In this document: piece by piece, positions 8,901 to 23,900 of the stretch
Layout of the letters: each line of letters begins with the position of its first letter
Position numbering within the stretch: the first letter of the stretch is position 1
NCBI GenBank assembly: GCA_048882505.1
Contig: JBHLRO010000010.1
Coordinates: forward strand, 90,001 to 122,000
Length of the DNA: 32,000 nucleotides
Origin: Candidatus Thorarchaeota archaeon
Lineage (GTDB): Archaea > Asgardarchaeota > Heimdallarchaeia > Hodarchaeales > Hodarchaeaceae
Direction: 5' to 3'
Program-made: the position numbers and the translations under genes
Notes under the pieces: model-generated
What the model was told of the DNA's origin: nothing
The model's database searches: none
The model's input: the letters and a program-made list of their open reading frames with translations, nothing else

Positions 8901-11900
8901 TCCTGCCTGGTACAACATGTATATGGAATATGACGGCGGGGCAGGAGGCAACCAAGCGGTTTATGATGTGGATAATAGTAATCCGAGCTTCGATCTATCC
9001 AGTAATGATCCGTATACTTATCCCGTCGATGTCGGCGCCGACGGGACGTATACTTTTTATGCAGTCGCGGTCGATCGAGTCGGAAACAAGGGGATTGTTC
9101 GCTCTGATCTCGGGTTTGTTGACGAGACCGACCCAATCCTCGGAACGACCTCGTTCACCGATGCCGACTATACCAATGCCACTCACGATTATTATGATCA
9201 AGGAGTTCGTGCTACTGCTACTTATCGGATCCCTTTTACTGAAACAAATGTGTTTAATATCACTGTTGTAGACATCATTAATGCTGCAGATCGTGCCTCT
9301 GATGCGGCGGCAGGTCAAACGAGTCCGTTCGATTCAACCATCAGTTTGTCCAATCTGTTTAGCGATGGGGAGTATACGATTACAATCACCATTACTGACA
9401 AGGTTGGTCGAACAGATACCACTGTTACTGGGGGGCCGACTTCGATATTCCTAGATAACACTGATCCCGTTCTGACCGATGCTCTCTCCAGCTTCGAGGA
9501 AACCTCTGGCGAGATAACAAAAGTCTATGGACTTCCTGGATCCGAACTATTTTATTTTGCCAATTCGTTTACTGGTGGAGCGATTATCCGGCTCTACGCC
9601 ACGGGCACCGATAGCGGCTCAGGCGTTCGGGGCATCGATTTTGGGGTCTTCGGGGCAGATAATCCCGCCGAAGATACGGTCTCACCCTATCGGGGCCAGT
9701 ATACCATCAATAATGATGATGTTTCAGGCACCATTACGGTCACGATCTATGATAAGGTGGGCAATTCCGACTCGGGAATCATAACGGCAACTGAAGATGC
9801 TGCTAATCCTAGTATCAGTCTATCTGGGGAAACAGAAAGCAGTACCTTCCTGTATGCAGCTTACGGCGACAATACACAGGGAGTCTATGGTTCTTTGATG
9901 GGTACAACCCAGGGATATACCATTAGTGGAACGGCGTCTGATGCCACTGCTGGCCTACTTTCACTGAGTGATAACACCACTTTCGGTGATAATCCCAGTA
10001 ATACAGGTTCCTTGAGCAATTGGCAGTTTATTTACACGATCGATACCGCGGATAACGGCGATATAGTAGTTGTCTATACTGCAACGGATAACGTGGGTAA
10101 TAACAATACTGTAACCTATACGTTTTACGAGGATAACTCTAATCCGCTAATAACTGATCCAATGTCTATCTATCAGGAATCTGGGGATACAGGAGAAGTT
10201 TATGGCGATATCGGTAGCGATGTGTTCTATTTCTCGAATTCATTCAGTACTTTTGCCACTGTAACGTTTACAGCAACTGGCCTGGAAGCTGGCAAGGCAG
10301 GGATCAGGGGGATCGACTTTGGGTCATTTGGTTCTGACGATCCTGGAGAAGATACTAGTGCTCCCTTTACAGGACAATATACGATAAATGGTGCGGATTT
10401 AGCTGGATCTATCACGGTTACGATTTACGACAACGTCGGAAACAGCGGTTCTGATACAATTACCTGCACGGAAGACGCCGCACCCCCCACGATTAGTATC
10501 ACAGGGGAGACAGAGAGTAGCGCCTACCTTTATGCAGGCTATGGTACCGTCAAAGAAGGAGTTTACGGATCTGGCATGGGATCGTTACAGAGCTATACGA
10601 TTAGCGGAACTGCGTCCGATGCGGATGCAGGACTTCTTTCAATCACAGATGATCAATCTTTCGGTAACGATCCTTCCAATAGTGGTACGAATAGCAGCTG
10701 GTCTTTTGTGTACCAGATAGATGCTGCCGATAGTGGAAATGTCGTCATTACTTATACCGCGACTGACCTGGTTGGAAATACTGCAACTGATGCCTATACA
10801 TTTAATGAGGATAATACTAATCCCTCCATTACTGTCACCCAAGCGGCAAGCGCCACTAATGAATCCTCTATCTTCCTATATTATGATAATGTATCCGCAT
10901 TCGGCTATTACTCACCCAATATGCTTGGAGTTTTACAAACCTTCAATGTGGGAGGTACCGCATCTGATGCGTCAGGCCTAGCATCTGTTACAGATGACAC
11001 CACTTTTGGTAATAATCCTGCAAGAAGTGGATCCTTAACCAGTTGGTCGTTTGGTTACCAGATAGACGACGGAGACGCAGTTTATGGCACTTTTACTGTT
11101 ACGTATACGGCTACAGACAACGTCGGGAACACTTTCACAGATTCATTCCAATTCATATTTGATAACACCAATCCCACTGTTTCCGTGGACACAGCATACA
11201 TTCTCGATGGCGGTTCTCCCTATCTCCATTGGGATGGAGTAGGAAGTAAAATCTGGTATGGCGACGATATGCCCAGCGGGCAATCGCTTACCGTGGGAAT
11301 TGATGCGGCAGATGCTTCATCGGGCTTAGACTATGCCATAGCCGCAAATCATTTCGGAGGTACAGCGGCTCAACTAACGGATGATACAGAAGACACCAAC
11401 GGAGGACGTACGTACGACGTACCTGTTGTTGATATCAACGCAACAGACACTTGGACGGGAAGCTTTGGAATTACCGTTTATGATAATGTCGGAAATAGTT
11501 TACAAACCACAGTTGATATCAGTCGGGACACCGGAATTCCCTCTATCAGTGTGACAGGGGAAATCGAAAGCAGCGTTTACCTTTACGCTGGATACGGAAC
11601 AACCAAACAAGGAGTTTACTCTGGTTCTGGCATGGGCTCAATTCAAAGCTTCACTATTAGTGGTACCGCCTCCGATGCTTCCTCGGGGCTCTATTCCATA
11701 ACTGATAATTCCGCGTTTGGTGACGATCCTATTAATACAGGATCGAATGCGAGTTGGTTGTTTTTATATCAGATAGATAGTGGAGATAACGGGGATGTAA
11801 CCATTGCTTATACTGCGACTGATTTAGTGGGAAACACAGCTGGTGACACATACACATTTTTCGAGGATGGTACTAATCCCACCTTAACCGATAATATGTC

Positions 11901-14900
11901 CGCGTATGCGGAATTTGTTGACACAACGGAGGTTTATGGGGTCACTGGAACTGACACTTTCTACTTCTCAAACTCCTTTTCGTCCTCAGCCACCGTCGAG
12001 TTCACGGCTACGGGTTTCGATACTGGATATGCAGGAGTTCGAGGTATCGATTTTGGGACCTTTGGCGGAGACAATCCTGTGGAAGATACAAGTGCGCCGT
12101 ACATAGGTCAGTATACCATTAACAATGTGGATAGCTCAGGTTCTATTACCGTAACGATTTATGACAATGTCGGAAATAATGACTCTGGTACTATCACCTG
12201 TATCGAGGATGCCACCAATCCCTCGCTCTCTGATCCTATGTCCGCATACACCGAAGATTCGGGTGATATAGCTGATGTCTATGGAGTCATTGGGACAAAC
12301 ACATTCTACTTTTCCAATACAATTCCTACCTCAGCCATGGTCACCTTTACCGCAACAGGATCGGACACGGGAGGGGCTGGAGTTCGTGGGATCGATTTTG
12401 GTTCTTTTGGCGGAGACGATCCAACGGAGGATACCAGTGCTCCTTATCAAGGTCAGTATACACTTACTAATGCTGATGCTACAGGAGCTATTACCGTAAC
12501 AATCTATGATAACGTAGGTAACCCAGGGTCCGCCACAATTACTTGTACCGAAGATAGTACCAATCCATCATTGTCTGATGCTATGTCGGCTTATTCCGAG
12601 GATGCTGGGGATACTGCAGATGTTTTTGGCAATGAAGGAACAAATCTTCTCTATTTTTCCAATACCATCCCAACATCTGCAACCGTTACATTCACTGCTA
12701 CCGGATCCGATGCAAGTTCTGGGGTACGAGGTATAGATTTTGGAGTATTTGGAGAGAATCCTGCTGAAGATACATCAGCTCCTTATACAGGAACTTATAT
12801 AATCGATAACAGCGATACGTCTGGCTCAATCACAGTTACTATCTATGATAATGTGAACAATTCTGCTTCAGGCACAATCACGTGCACTGAAGATAGTACC
12901 AGTCCATCATTGTCTGATGCTATGTCGGCCTACAATGAGATTAGCGGTGAGGATACTGATGTTTATGGACTGATAGGGAGTAACACCTTCTATTTTTCAA
13001 ATTCATTTTCGACCTCCGTCACAATTAATTTTACTGCCACTGGGTCTGATAGCGGCTCAGGCGTTCGCGGCATCGATTTTGGCACATTTGGGGCTGACAA
13101 TCCTGTTGAGGATAATACCGCTCCCTATGAAGGAACTTATGTTATTGATAATGCCGACACTTCGGGATCAATCACTGTGACCATCTACGATCAAGTCAAT
13201 AACTTCGCTTCGGCCACTATAACGGCCACCGAAGATAGCACCAATCCGACGCTCTCGGATCCTATGTCTGCATATTCTGAAGATGCAGGAGATCTTGGAG
13301 ATGTGTATGGGATTATCGGGAGCGATACCTTCTACTTCTCTGACTCCTTTACCTCTTCTGCAACTGTCACATTCACTGCCACTGGTTCTGACGCAGGCGG
13401 TGCTGGCCTCAGAGGACTTGATTTTGGGATATTTGGTGGAAATGATCCTATTGAAGATCCAAGTGCCCCATTTACTGGCCAGTATGTAATTGACAATGCG
13501 AGTAGCAGCGGATCAATCCAGGTTGTGATCTATGACAATGTCAATAATTCCAATATTGGAACCATTACCTGCATTGAAGACGCAATCAATCCCTCGGGGA
13601 TTATTTTAAGCAGCTATTTAGATTTGGATGATAATACAGGGGATGGCTACGTCCCTAGTGATGGAACTGGCACCAATACCGAAGCTTTTTACGATGAAGC
13701 TACTTTCATCGCAGATGTTTCCGTCACTGAAGCAGGTTCGGGAATTCTTTCTCTGCAATTAAAACGACTCGGCGGATCATACGGCACCAATGTCCCTTCG
13801 GGAACCAATGTTGATGCTACTCTTGCACTGGGAAACAATTCCATTTACTATATGATAATTGATAACGTGGGAAACAACGCCACTGGTTTTGCAAACGTAG
13901 ATGTCTTTTATTCAACTGCAGCTCCTACTGGTATGGACATTGATATAACAGGCACAGGATTATGGAGCAAAACAAGTCCCAGTTATGCATGGATCTTTGA
14001 TTCTACCGATATTACCTCCGGAACGCTATATCTGGGAAATGTAGGGAATACAAATTGGGGTATTGTTATGGATGGCTCCGGGAACTGGAACGCTGGGGGT
14101 GAATGGAAAGTCATTTTTGAAGCAGGCTGGGGTCAGGCCACCGATATTACAGACACAACACCTTCCTTTAGTACAGGCAATGTATATTCCTCCAATATAG
14201 GAGCAGAGGCGGATATTTGGGTGGATATTGTAAATCGAAACGGGATCAGTCAGCGCATTATCCTCACAACAACCGCTGATACAACAGGCCCTACCATGGC
14301 ATCCATCACTGTTACGGGAGACTCCCCTGTAGTATCCAATTGGGATCAAAATGGTGCAGAATTTAATATTGACTTTGCTACGACCAGCGATGGAGGGTCA
14401 GGGGCAAACGGTTGGTATGTAGAATATAATAATCCCGTACCTCGAGCCAATTGGACCACTCTTGATCCTTATGTCTATACGAATGATGTAGGAGACGGTT
14501 CATCAAATCCCTATCCCTTTTATGCTGTACCCGTTGACAAAGTAGGGAATATAGGAGCTGGTGTTAGATCAGACAATGGTTTTATCGATGAAACTGATCC
14601 GATTCTAGGTACTACATCATTTACCGATGCTGGGTATACCAACGGTAATGAAAATTGGTATGATCACGGAACAGCTGGCTCTGCCACGTTTAGAATCCCA
14701 TTTACCGAACTGAATGTTTACTCGATATCTGTCGTTTGTACCATTGCCTCTTCAGATCGGGCATCCGATGCTGGAATCGATCAGACGAGTCCGTTCGATT
14801 CAACCATCACGTTATTGAATACTTACCCAGATGGGACTTATGTGATCACTATCACCGTAATGGATAAATCGGGACGTACTGATACGACAGTCGCGGGCGG

Positions 14901-17900
14901 CCCGACCTGGATTAACTTGGACAATACTGATCCCTCTATCAGTGTTTCAGGAGAATCAGAAACCAGTAATTTCTTATATGCCGAATATGGCACAATTGTT
15001 CAAGGATATTACGGTTCTGGTATGGGAGCATCTCTTCAAGATTTTACAATCAGCGGAATTGCCTCAGATACGGGCGTAGGAGTAAGTTCAATTACTGACA
15101 ACACTTCATTTGGTAATAATCCCAGTAACGGTGGGTCTCCTACTAGCTGGAGCTTCCTCTATCAGATCGATGTTGCGGATAATGGGAATGTAACAGTAAT
15201 CTATACTGCGAGTGATTATGTCGGAAATACAGCCACAACATTATACACGTTTTATGAAGATAACACGGCTCCTACTGGATATTCCCTTTCTCTTGATCCT
15301 GATACCACAACGGACATCGGGTATCTCCCCAACACCAATTATTACGATGATGATTCTGTGGATGTAACAACGGGAGGAACCATCACTGAAATCCATTCAG
15401 GTCTCCCATCTTTGCGTTACACCTATCGGATCGGCTCTAATGCCTGGAGTCCATGGAGCGACGTCAGCATCCATCAATTCACGGGAGTACTTGACGGTAC
15501 GTATAATCTTGAGGTCATGGTGCGGGACAACGTCGGTAATAATGGAACCGCTCAAGCTGCTTCAAGTAGTGTGACGGTTGACACAGATTCGCCCGCAAAA
15601 TTCAATTTGACTCTAACTCGAGTGGGGAGTGGATTTGGAGCCAATTTCAATGAAACGCTCATGGAGTTGATATTCAATTCCCAGAAGAATGATTTCTTCA
15701 CTGCTAATATTACTTCCAATGGAACCTCGGATATTGGCAATTCAGGGTATTGGAAGATAGAATGGGATAAATACAGCCAATTTGAGACGGCATCAAATAT
15801 AACAATTGCTGGTCTTCCAGAATCTAAGAACTTCAACTATCTGGGGGATGTAAACGGTACATTCCTCATTCGCCTTATTAATAATGCTGGAAATTACCAA
15901 GAATGGAATATTACGGCCATTGAGGTCGTTGCAACCGTAACACTCACTATCACCGAAATCGTGGAAAGTTCAGACTTTCTCTATCATGACGGTATCATTT
16001 CTCATAATTACGGATACTATTCCGACAAAATGGGTGGTACTGTTGTTTTCACGCTAAGGGGAACTGCGACAACCACTAGTGGAGGATTAATGTTCACAAC
16101 GGATGACAATTCGACCTTATCCGCAGCTAACACTGGAACAGAGAGTAATTGGGAGTTCAACTATACCTTTGATTCTACCACTGGATCAACTTATGATACA
16201 TTCTTAGTAATCATAACTGGAACTGACAATTTGGCCTTTACTGGGAATACTACCTTTGAGTTTCGGTATGACAACACAAATCCAACGGCTCCCACCATCA
16301 TTGGAATATCTGAGTCTTCTGTTAATTTATACTACAATAGTACCGATTTCATTTACTCAAGCGATCAAGCTATGACTGATCCATTTACTATCCAAGTGAC
16401 GACGAGCGATAACGGAGTAGGGGATGTTGGGCTCTACAAGGCCAATGCTAGCAGTGATTTTGGGGCCGAAGTTCCCGAAGATTCAAGTTATACAACACAA
16501 TATGATCTGACGTATACGGTTTCCCAGTCTGAAACCGCTGGTGGAGATAATCAAGTAATTATTGCGGTTTATGACTTGGTAGGAAATAATGCCAGCGTTT
16601 CACTGAATTGCCTCCTAGATGACACACCGCCGACCGTCACGGTTACGGGAGAATCCGAGAATAGTTGGTACTTGTATGCTGGATATGGATCTGGAAATGA
16701 AGGGGTTTATGGTTCTCTTATGACCATCAGCCTCGCCTACACTATAAGCGGGACAGCAGTAGATACTATCGCGGGTTTGATTTCACTAGATGATAACACC
16801 ACATTTGGTGATAATCCAGGAAACACAGGAACTCTCAGTAGCTGGCAATATGTTTACGTGATCGATGCTGCGGATAACGGAAATATTACCGTAGTTTATT
16901 CCGCTTCCGACAACGTGGGTAATATTGGTACCACCAGTTATAGGTTTTATGAAGATAATACAGCTCCTACGGTTCCTACCCAGCTCATAACGAATCCTTC
17001 TGGCAGTCCGTATCTGTATCTCAATAGCACAGCCCGCTTCTACTTCAGTGATCAAATGGGTTTAACTCCCGTTGAAGTCCAGATAAGTGGAACGGGATCC
17101 GATGCGCTGGCTGGATTAAAAAATGCCACCTTTCCCGCCCATTTCGGTGATTCGCCTGCTGCTGATCTGACACCTACTAGCTGGCAAGCCTCTTACAACA
17201 TTCATGGAACGGATCCAGAGCAAACAGGACCTCAAACAAATATCAATGTTTTTGTTTATGATAATGTTGGAAATGTAAATACTGTTACCTTTACATTTAA
17301 AGGGGACAATTCTTCGCCAAATGTCTCGTTAACTGGGATTTCCGAAGACGCGTTGGTGTATTATCTTTATGTAGCCTCAAATTCCTTAATATATTACTCC
17401 ACAGTAGGTTCGGGGAATCGCAACTTCACTGTCACTGTCTTGGTTCAAGAACCTCTTGCGGTTCTCGACGCAGGTGTGAAAAATGTCTCGTTCCCAAACG
17501 TTTTTACGGGAAGTGATGGTGGCATTAACGCTTCCTCGGGTGGCAGCCATTCACGGACATGGCAATGGAGCTATTCCATCCCAATATCAGCGATTGAAAA
17601 CGGAAGTTTCACGATTACCGCATATGATCAGGTGAATAACTCTCAATCCATTGATCTTGAAATCTATCATGATTCCGCGGCACCTAGTGCCCCCACAATA
17701 ACAGATGTCTTGGAGAGCTCCGAATTCCTCTACTATAGTGCTTCTACACTATTTTATTCGAATGATCAAGTAATGAGCGCTTCTTTTACGATCCAATTAA
17801 CCACTGCCGACCTTGAATCAGGCTTAGAAAATGCCACTGGAAGCGCAGATTTTGGGGGTGAAACACCTAATGATTCAATTTATTCTGGGGGTTACGAACT

Positions 17901-20900
17901 ATCATACGTCATTAATCAAGGGGAAACGGACGGTGGGGACGATGTAGTCGTAACTGTGTACGATAAGGTAAGTAACAGCATCACGGTTACCCTTACGGTT
18001 ACTCTTGACAATACAGCTCCGACAGGACTTTCGGTTAACTCAGTTTATGAATATGGATCAGAGTTCCTTCATGTCATCGGCTCTACCTTGTATTATTCGA
18101 ATGATCAGACCATGTCTGAGGATTTCACGATCGAGGTTTTGGCATCCGACGTTGATTCCGGACTTCTTAACGCGACAGGAGAAGCGGAATTTGGAAATAG
18201 CCCAGGAGATATCAGTTATTTAGCCGGATATAATTTGACATATACAATTGATATGGGAGAGAGCGCTGGAGGCGGGAATGTGATCGTTTGGATTTATGAT
18301 AATGTTGGAAATAATGCATCTATCAGTCTAATAACTACATTAGACAATTCAGGTCCTACAAGCATCACAATTACGAATGTGATCGAGACTAGCGATTTTC
18401 TCTACTATGATGGAGCACGTGAAATCCTATTCTTTAGCAATGATCAAACCATGTCAGAGCTGTTCACGATTCAGGTGACAGCCGTAGATCCGGCTGCAGG
18501 GATAAAAAACGCCACTGGAGAAACCGAATTTGGCGACAGTCCTGTTGACACGACATACTCTGCTGGATTTGACCTTAGTTATACCATTGACCTCTCTGAA
18601 GCCACCTCTGATGGATATGTCACGGTGACCATTTTTGACATGTGTGCGAACTCAAACACGGTTGATCTAAATACAACAGTTGACAATGTGGGGCCAAGGG
18701 ATCAGAAGATTACCCAAATCAATGATTTTGGCTCCAAATACATTTATCTCTATAATGGTTCGAGCCTAATTCTCTATATCAACAATCAAACATCCTCGGA
18801 TTATCTCTTTTTCATTTATGTAAGTGATAACGAGCCTGCAAATGAAAGTGGGCGCTATTTGGCTGAGGGCAGTCTCTACTTTGGCGAAATTCCAGTTGCT
18901 ACGACTTACCAATACGTCCTGAGATATACCCTAAACCAAACTGAGAATGTTGACAATGGAACATTGGTAATAACCACTTTCGATCGTTGTAACAATAGCA
19001 ACTCGGTCGGTTTGACTGTCCAGGTGGATAGGACGCCCCCGGCACTAGTTCCTGGATACAGTTTCAATGACTTTGGCAGCGATTACATCCATAATAACGG
19101 AACACACTTCATCTTTAGTAGTCTCATGCCCTTCACTCAGACCATTCGCATCTCTGGGAGTGTCACGGATATCTATGCTAGTGTAAATGGGTCTGGAATT
19201 GATCATGTCGATTATCTTCCAGCGTTTGGGAGTTCTCCTACAACCACCTTTGGACCCTCATGGATTGCGGACTACGGAATTAATTCGACCGATTCGGAGC
19301 ACGGAAGCAATGGATCCGTAAGTTTTAGGGTGTATGATAATGTCAATAATTCCCGTCTAATTTTCATCCCTTATGTGTCTGATACTACTCCTCCGTCGGG
19401 CTTATCGATCATTGACATCTTGGAAGACCTCCTTCCTGAATATCTGCATTATAATAGCACTCTCATTGCCATTTTCTATTCCCACGTAAGACCTGAAAAA
19501 GGCGAACGGAAATTTACCGTTCGGGTTTCTGCCGCTGATTTGGGAGGAGCTGGCCTAAGAAACACTTCATTCCCTACCATTGGCGTTGGCTTCAGTACTG
19601 GTGGATTCGATACCAGTGATGCAGATGGATTCTGGAACTTCAGCTATACTGAAGATGGTTCGTCCGGAACGTTTAATGGAAGTCTTACTGTTACTGTTTA
19701 TGATAATGTAGGGAATAGCAACACGGTAAATTTCAATGTGTACAGCGATTTTGCGCCCCCTGCGGGATTAACCCTCGTCGAGTTAATAGAGGATAGTGAC
19801 TTCCTTTACTATGATCCAGGCTCTGAAACATTCTACTATTCAAACTCGCATAGCACTCCCCAGCCGTTCACAATCAATATTACCGCCGATGATCCTAACG
19901 CCGTACATAGTGGACTATTAGGTGCAAATGGTTCGGTTGATTTCAGTGAAACTCATTCAACGGTGGTTTTTGATGGAAATTTCTCTCTCACCTATGATGT
20001 TTCAAATGGTGAATCTGCCAGCGGAAATGATCTTACGATTACTGTCTATGACAAGGTAGGAAACTCTGCAGATTTCCATCTTTCCTCCATTCTGGACAAT
20101 TTAGCTCCGTCGGCACCTACAATCACGAATGTGGTGGAAAATTCTTACCTCCTCTACTATAGCGCTCCCACATTTTATTACTCCAATGACCAAACCATGA
20201 GTGCCAGTTTTACAATTCAGTTAACTACAAGTGATACTCTGGCAGGATTACGCAATGCCACGGGAAGTGCGGACTTCGGTGGGGAAACTCCCAGTGATTC
20301 TGTGTATTCTGGTGGGTACGAACTTTCCTATACCATAAGTCAAGGGGAGACTGATGGTGGAGATGGTGTACTTATCACAATCTATGATCGTGTTGGCAAT
20401 AGCGTGACAGGCTCACTGACGGTGCTTCTTGATAATGTCAGTCCCACAGGATCTATTCTGACACTGCTTGAAAGTTCTGAATACCTTTATTTCAATGGTA
20501 CGCATCTCTTCTACTCTAATGATCAATCCATGAGTGATCCGTTCACTATTCGAGTGACAAGTAGTGACGCTGCGTCTGGCTTGTTAAATGCCACTGGAGA
20601 AGATGATTTTGGGGACATCAATGTAGGTGATACTAGTTATTCCACATATTACGAGCTTACATACCTTGTCGATTCGGGAGACAGTGCTAGTGGAGCTCAA
20701 GTAGATATCTTCGTTTACGATCAGGTTGGAAATTCGTTATCTTTGGCTTTAAGTGCAGTAATTGATAATGATGCACCAAGTTCAGTCACCCTAAGCTCAT
20801 TAACTGGAACTGATATTGCAAACTATCTATACTTCAATGGAACCCACCTTTTTTACTCCAATGACCAAGTTATGAGTGAATCATTCACACTAAAATTGGT

Positions 20901-23900
20901 AGTAACAGAATTGATCAGCGGCATCAAGAATGTGACAGGAACGCTTGATTTCGGGACGATCCCAAGTACCACCACAAATGTCTCTGGAACATTCGACATT
21001 CAGTACACTGTAGATCAATCTGAAACCGCAGGATTGGACAATCAGATAAATATCTCGGCGTTTGATAATGTGGGCAATGTCCATAGCTCGTTCGTTTTAC
21101 CAGTAATCCTGGATAATACTGGTCCGATAATTCCTGCAATCCAGAATGTGATTGAAAATAGTGAATACCTATACTATTCTGGAACGACGCTATATTATGC
21201 GAATTCACACCCCACTCAGAGCGAGAAATTCAGTGTGAATATTACAGCTAGCGATACCCTAAGCGGAATATTATGGATAAATGGATCTATCGATTTTGGG
21301 GAAACTCCCTCAGATCCTGATTATGCCAAAGGTTATTTCCTAGTGAATTATACCGTTGGATTCAACGAAGAGGCATCAGGGTCTCAGATTGCGTTTACTG
21401 TTTATGATCGAGTGAAGAATACAAACTCCATAACGCTTAATTTGAATAAAGACAATACTGCACCCTCTGGAATCTCTATTACCAGTGTAACCGAGAATAG
21501 TGAATATATTTATTACAGTCTAGGAACTAAGATCCTCTATTACTCCAGCGATCAGGCCATGTTGGGACAACCGTTTACGATTACCATTGTAGCTCAAGAT
21601 AACGTCGGAGGTGCAGGATTATTCAATCTTACAGGGAGTACCGAGTTTGGTGATACACCAAGTGATTTAACGTATGTAGGTGAATATTCAGTAAACTACA
21701 TTATTGATTCGTTCGAGACCAATGTTTCTGCTATCATATTGTCGGTCTATGACCGCGTTGGAAACCTCAACAATAGTATTACCCTAGATCTAAAACTCGA
21801 TAATGCTGCCCCAAGTGCTCCATCTATCACGGGCATTGTTGAATCCTCACCCTATCTCTACTACAGTTCTCCCACATTTTATTATTCCAATGATCAACCC
21901 ATGGGCCATAATTTTACGATCCAGTTTACGACTAATGATACATTGGCGGGGCTGCAAAATGCCACTGGAAGTGTGGATTTTGGTGGCGAGATACCAGTTG
22001 ATGTAATATACAGTGCTGGTTATGAGATCACCTATAATGTTAGTCAGGGCGAAACCGATGGTGGAAATGACGTGGTTATCACTGTCTATGATCTGGTCGG
22101 GAATAGTATTACGGGAACCCTTAATGTGATTCTCGATAATGCTGCCCCAACCGTACCCACCATCACAGACGTTCTTGCACCTTCAGAATTCCTGTATTAT
22201 AATGGGACTCATTTCTTCTACTCTAATGATCAACCCATGAGTGATAGTTTTACAATCCAGCTTACCACAAGCGATGCTCTGGCGGGCTTGAAAAACGCAA
22301 CAGGGAGTACAGAATTTGGTGGTGAAACACCTGTCGATACCGGGTATTTGAGTGGATATGAACTCACCTATACAATTAGTAGCGGCGAAACGGATGGTGG
22401 AGATGACGTGGTTATTACTATTTATGATCTGGTCGGGAATAGTATTACGGGAACCCTTAATGTGATTCTCGATAATGCTGCGCCCATGGCACCAACGATT
22501 ACAGGCGTCCTTGAATCTTCAGAACATTTGCATTACAGTGCCCCGACTTTCTTTTACTCTAATGACCAACCAATGGCCGATAGTTTTACCATTCAGCTTA
22601 CGACTGGTGATTCAGATTCTGGGTTACAGAATGCCACTGGTAGTACAGATTTTGGCGGTGAAACTCCTAGTGATACATCATATTCTGCAGGTTACGACTT
22701 GATTTACACCGTGGACCAATCAGAGACCGCGGGCGGGGATAACCAAATCGTGATAACAATCTACGACCAGGTCGGGAATTTCATTTCCGTCTCCCTGGAT
22801 AGTGTCTTGGACAACACGGGCCCCATCAATACCAACTTAGTAACTGTGGTCATTCAAAAGAATATACAGAATCTTTATTATGCCAATGGAACAAAAACTC
22901 TATACTACTCAAATGATATAAGCGTTAGCGATAGTTTCAGTGTTCGTGTCTCGGCCCAAGATCCAAGTAGTGGTTTACAAAAGGCGAATGCTAGTGAATT
23001 TGGAGAAACTCCCTCCACAACTGATTATAGTTCAGGTTATTATCAGTTATCGTTTACTGTAAATACTGGGGAATCTTCACCCAGTTTCACAGTTACGGTG
23101 TGGGATAACGTTGGTAATCCTTCAAATATAGCACTTACAACTGTGCTTGACAATAATGCGCCCTCTGCACCTATAATTACGGGGGTCATTGAATCCTCAC
23201 CCTATCTCTACTACAGTTCTCCCACATTTTATTATTCCAATGATCAGCCGATGGGCCATAATTTTACGATCCAGTTTACCTCTAGTGATGGAGCTGCCGG
23301 GTTGAAAAACGCTACAGGGAGCACTGACTTTGGTGGGGAGATACCAGTTGATTGGATCTATTCTAGCGGTTATGAACTCACTTATAACGTAAGCCAAGGC
23401 GACACAGACGGTGGAGACGGTGTTACAATTTCAGTTTATGATAAAGTAGGCAACAAAGTTACTGATGTTTTCTCTGTAAGCTTGGATAACACTAATCCAA
23501 CTGCACCCAATATTAATAATGTTTTAGAATCCTCCGAATTTTTGTATTACAACGCTCTTACTTTATTCTATTCTAACGATCAGGCCATGAGCGCTAGTTT
23601 CACCATTCAATTGTCGACAAGTGATAGCGGTGCAGGACTTTTAAATGCAACGGGAGAAACCGACTTTGGAGGAGAAACCCCGAATGATTTAACCTATGTT
23701 GGGGGGTACGAGCTGACATATGTTATCAGTTCAGGTGAAACAGCTAGTGGAAACCAGGTAACGATTACGGTTTATGATAATGTCGGGAATTATGATAATT
23801 CCCAGAGCCTCGCATGTACCTTAGATAATATGGTTCCCACAGTTCCCATAATCATTGGGATCGGGGAATCTTCTGAATTTCTCTTTTACGGCGCTCCAAC

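Noticed and set aside
11404-11421. Short internal repeat GACGTAC-GTAC-GACGTAC
   Set aside because: Too short, in coding sequence (GRTYDVP), and consistent with chance.
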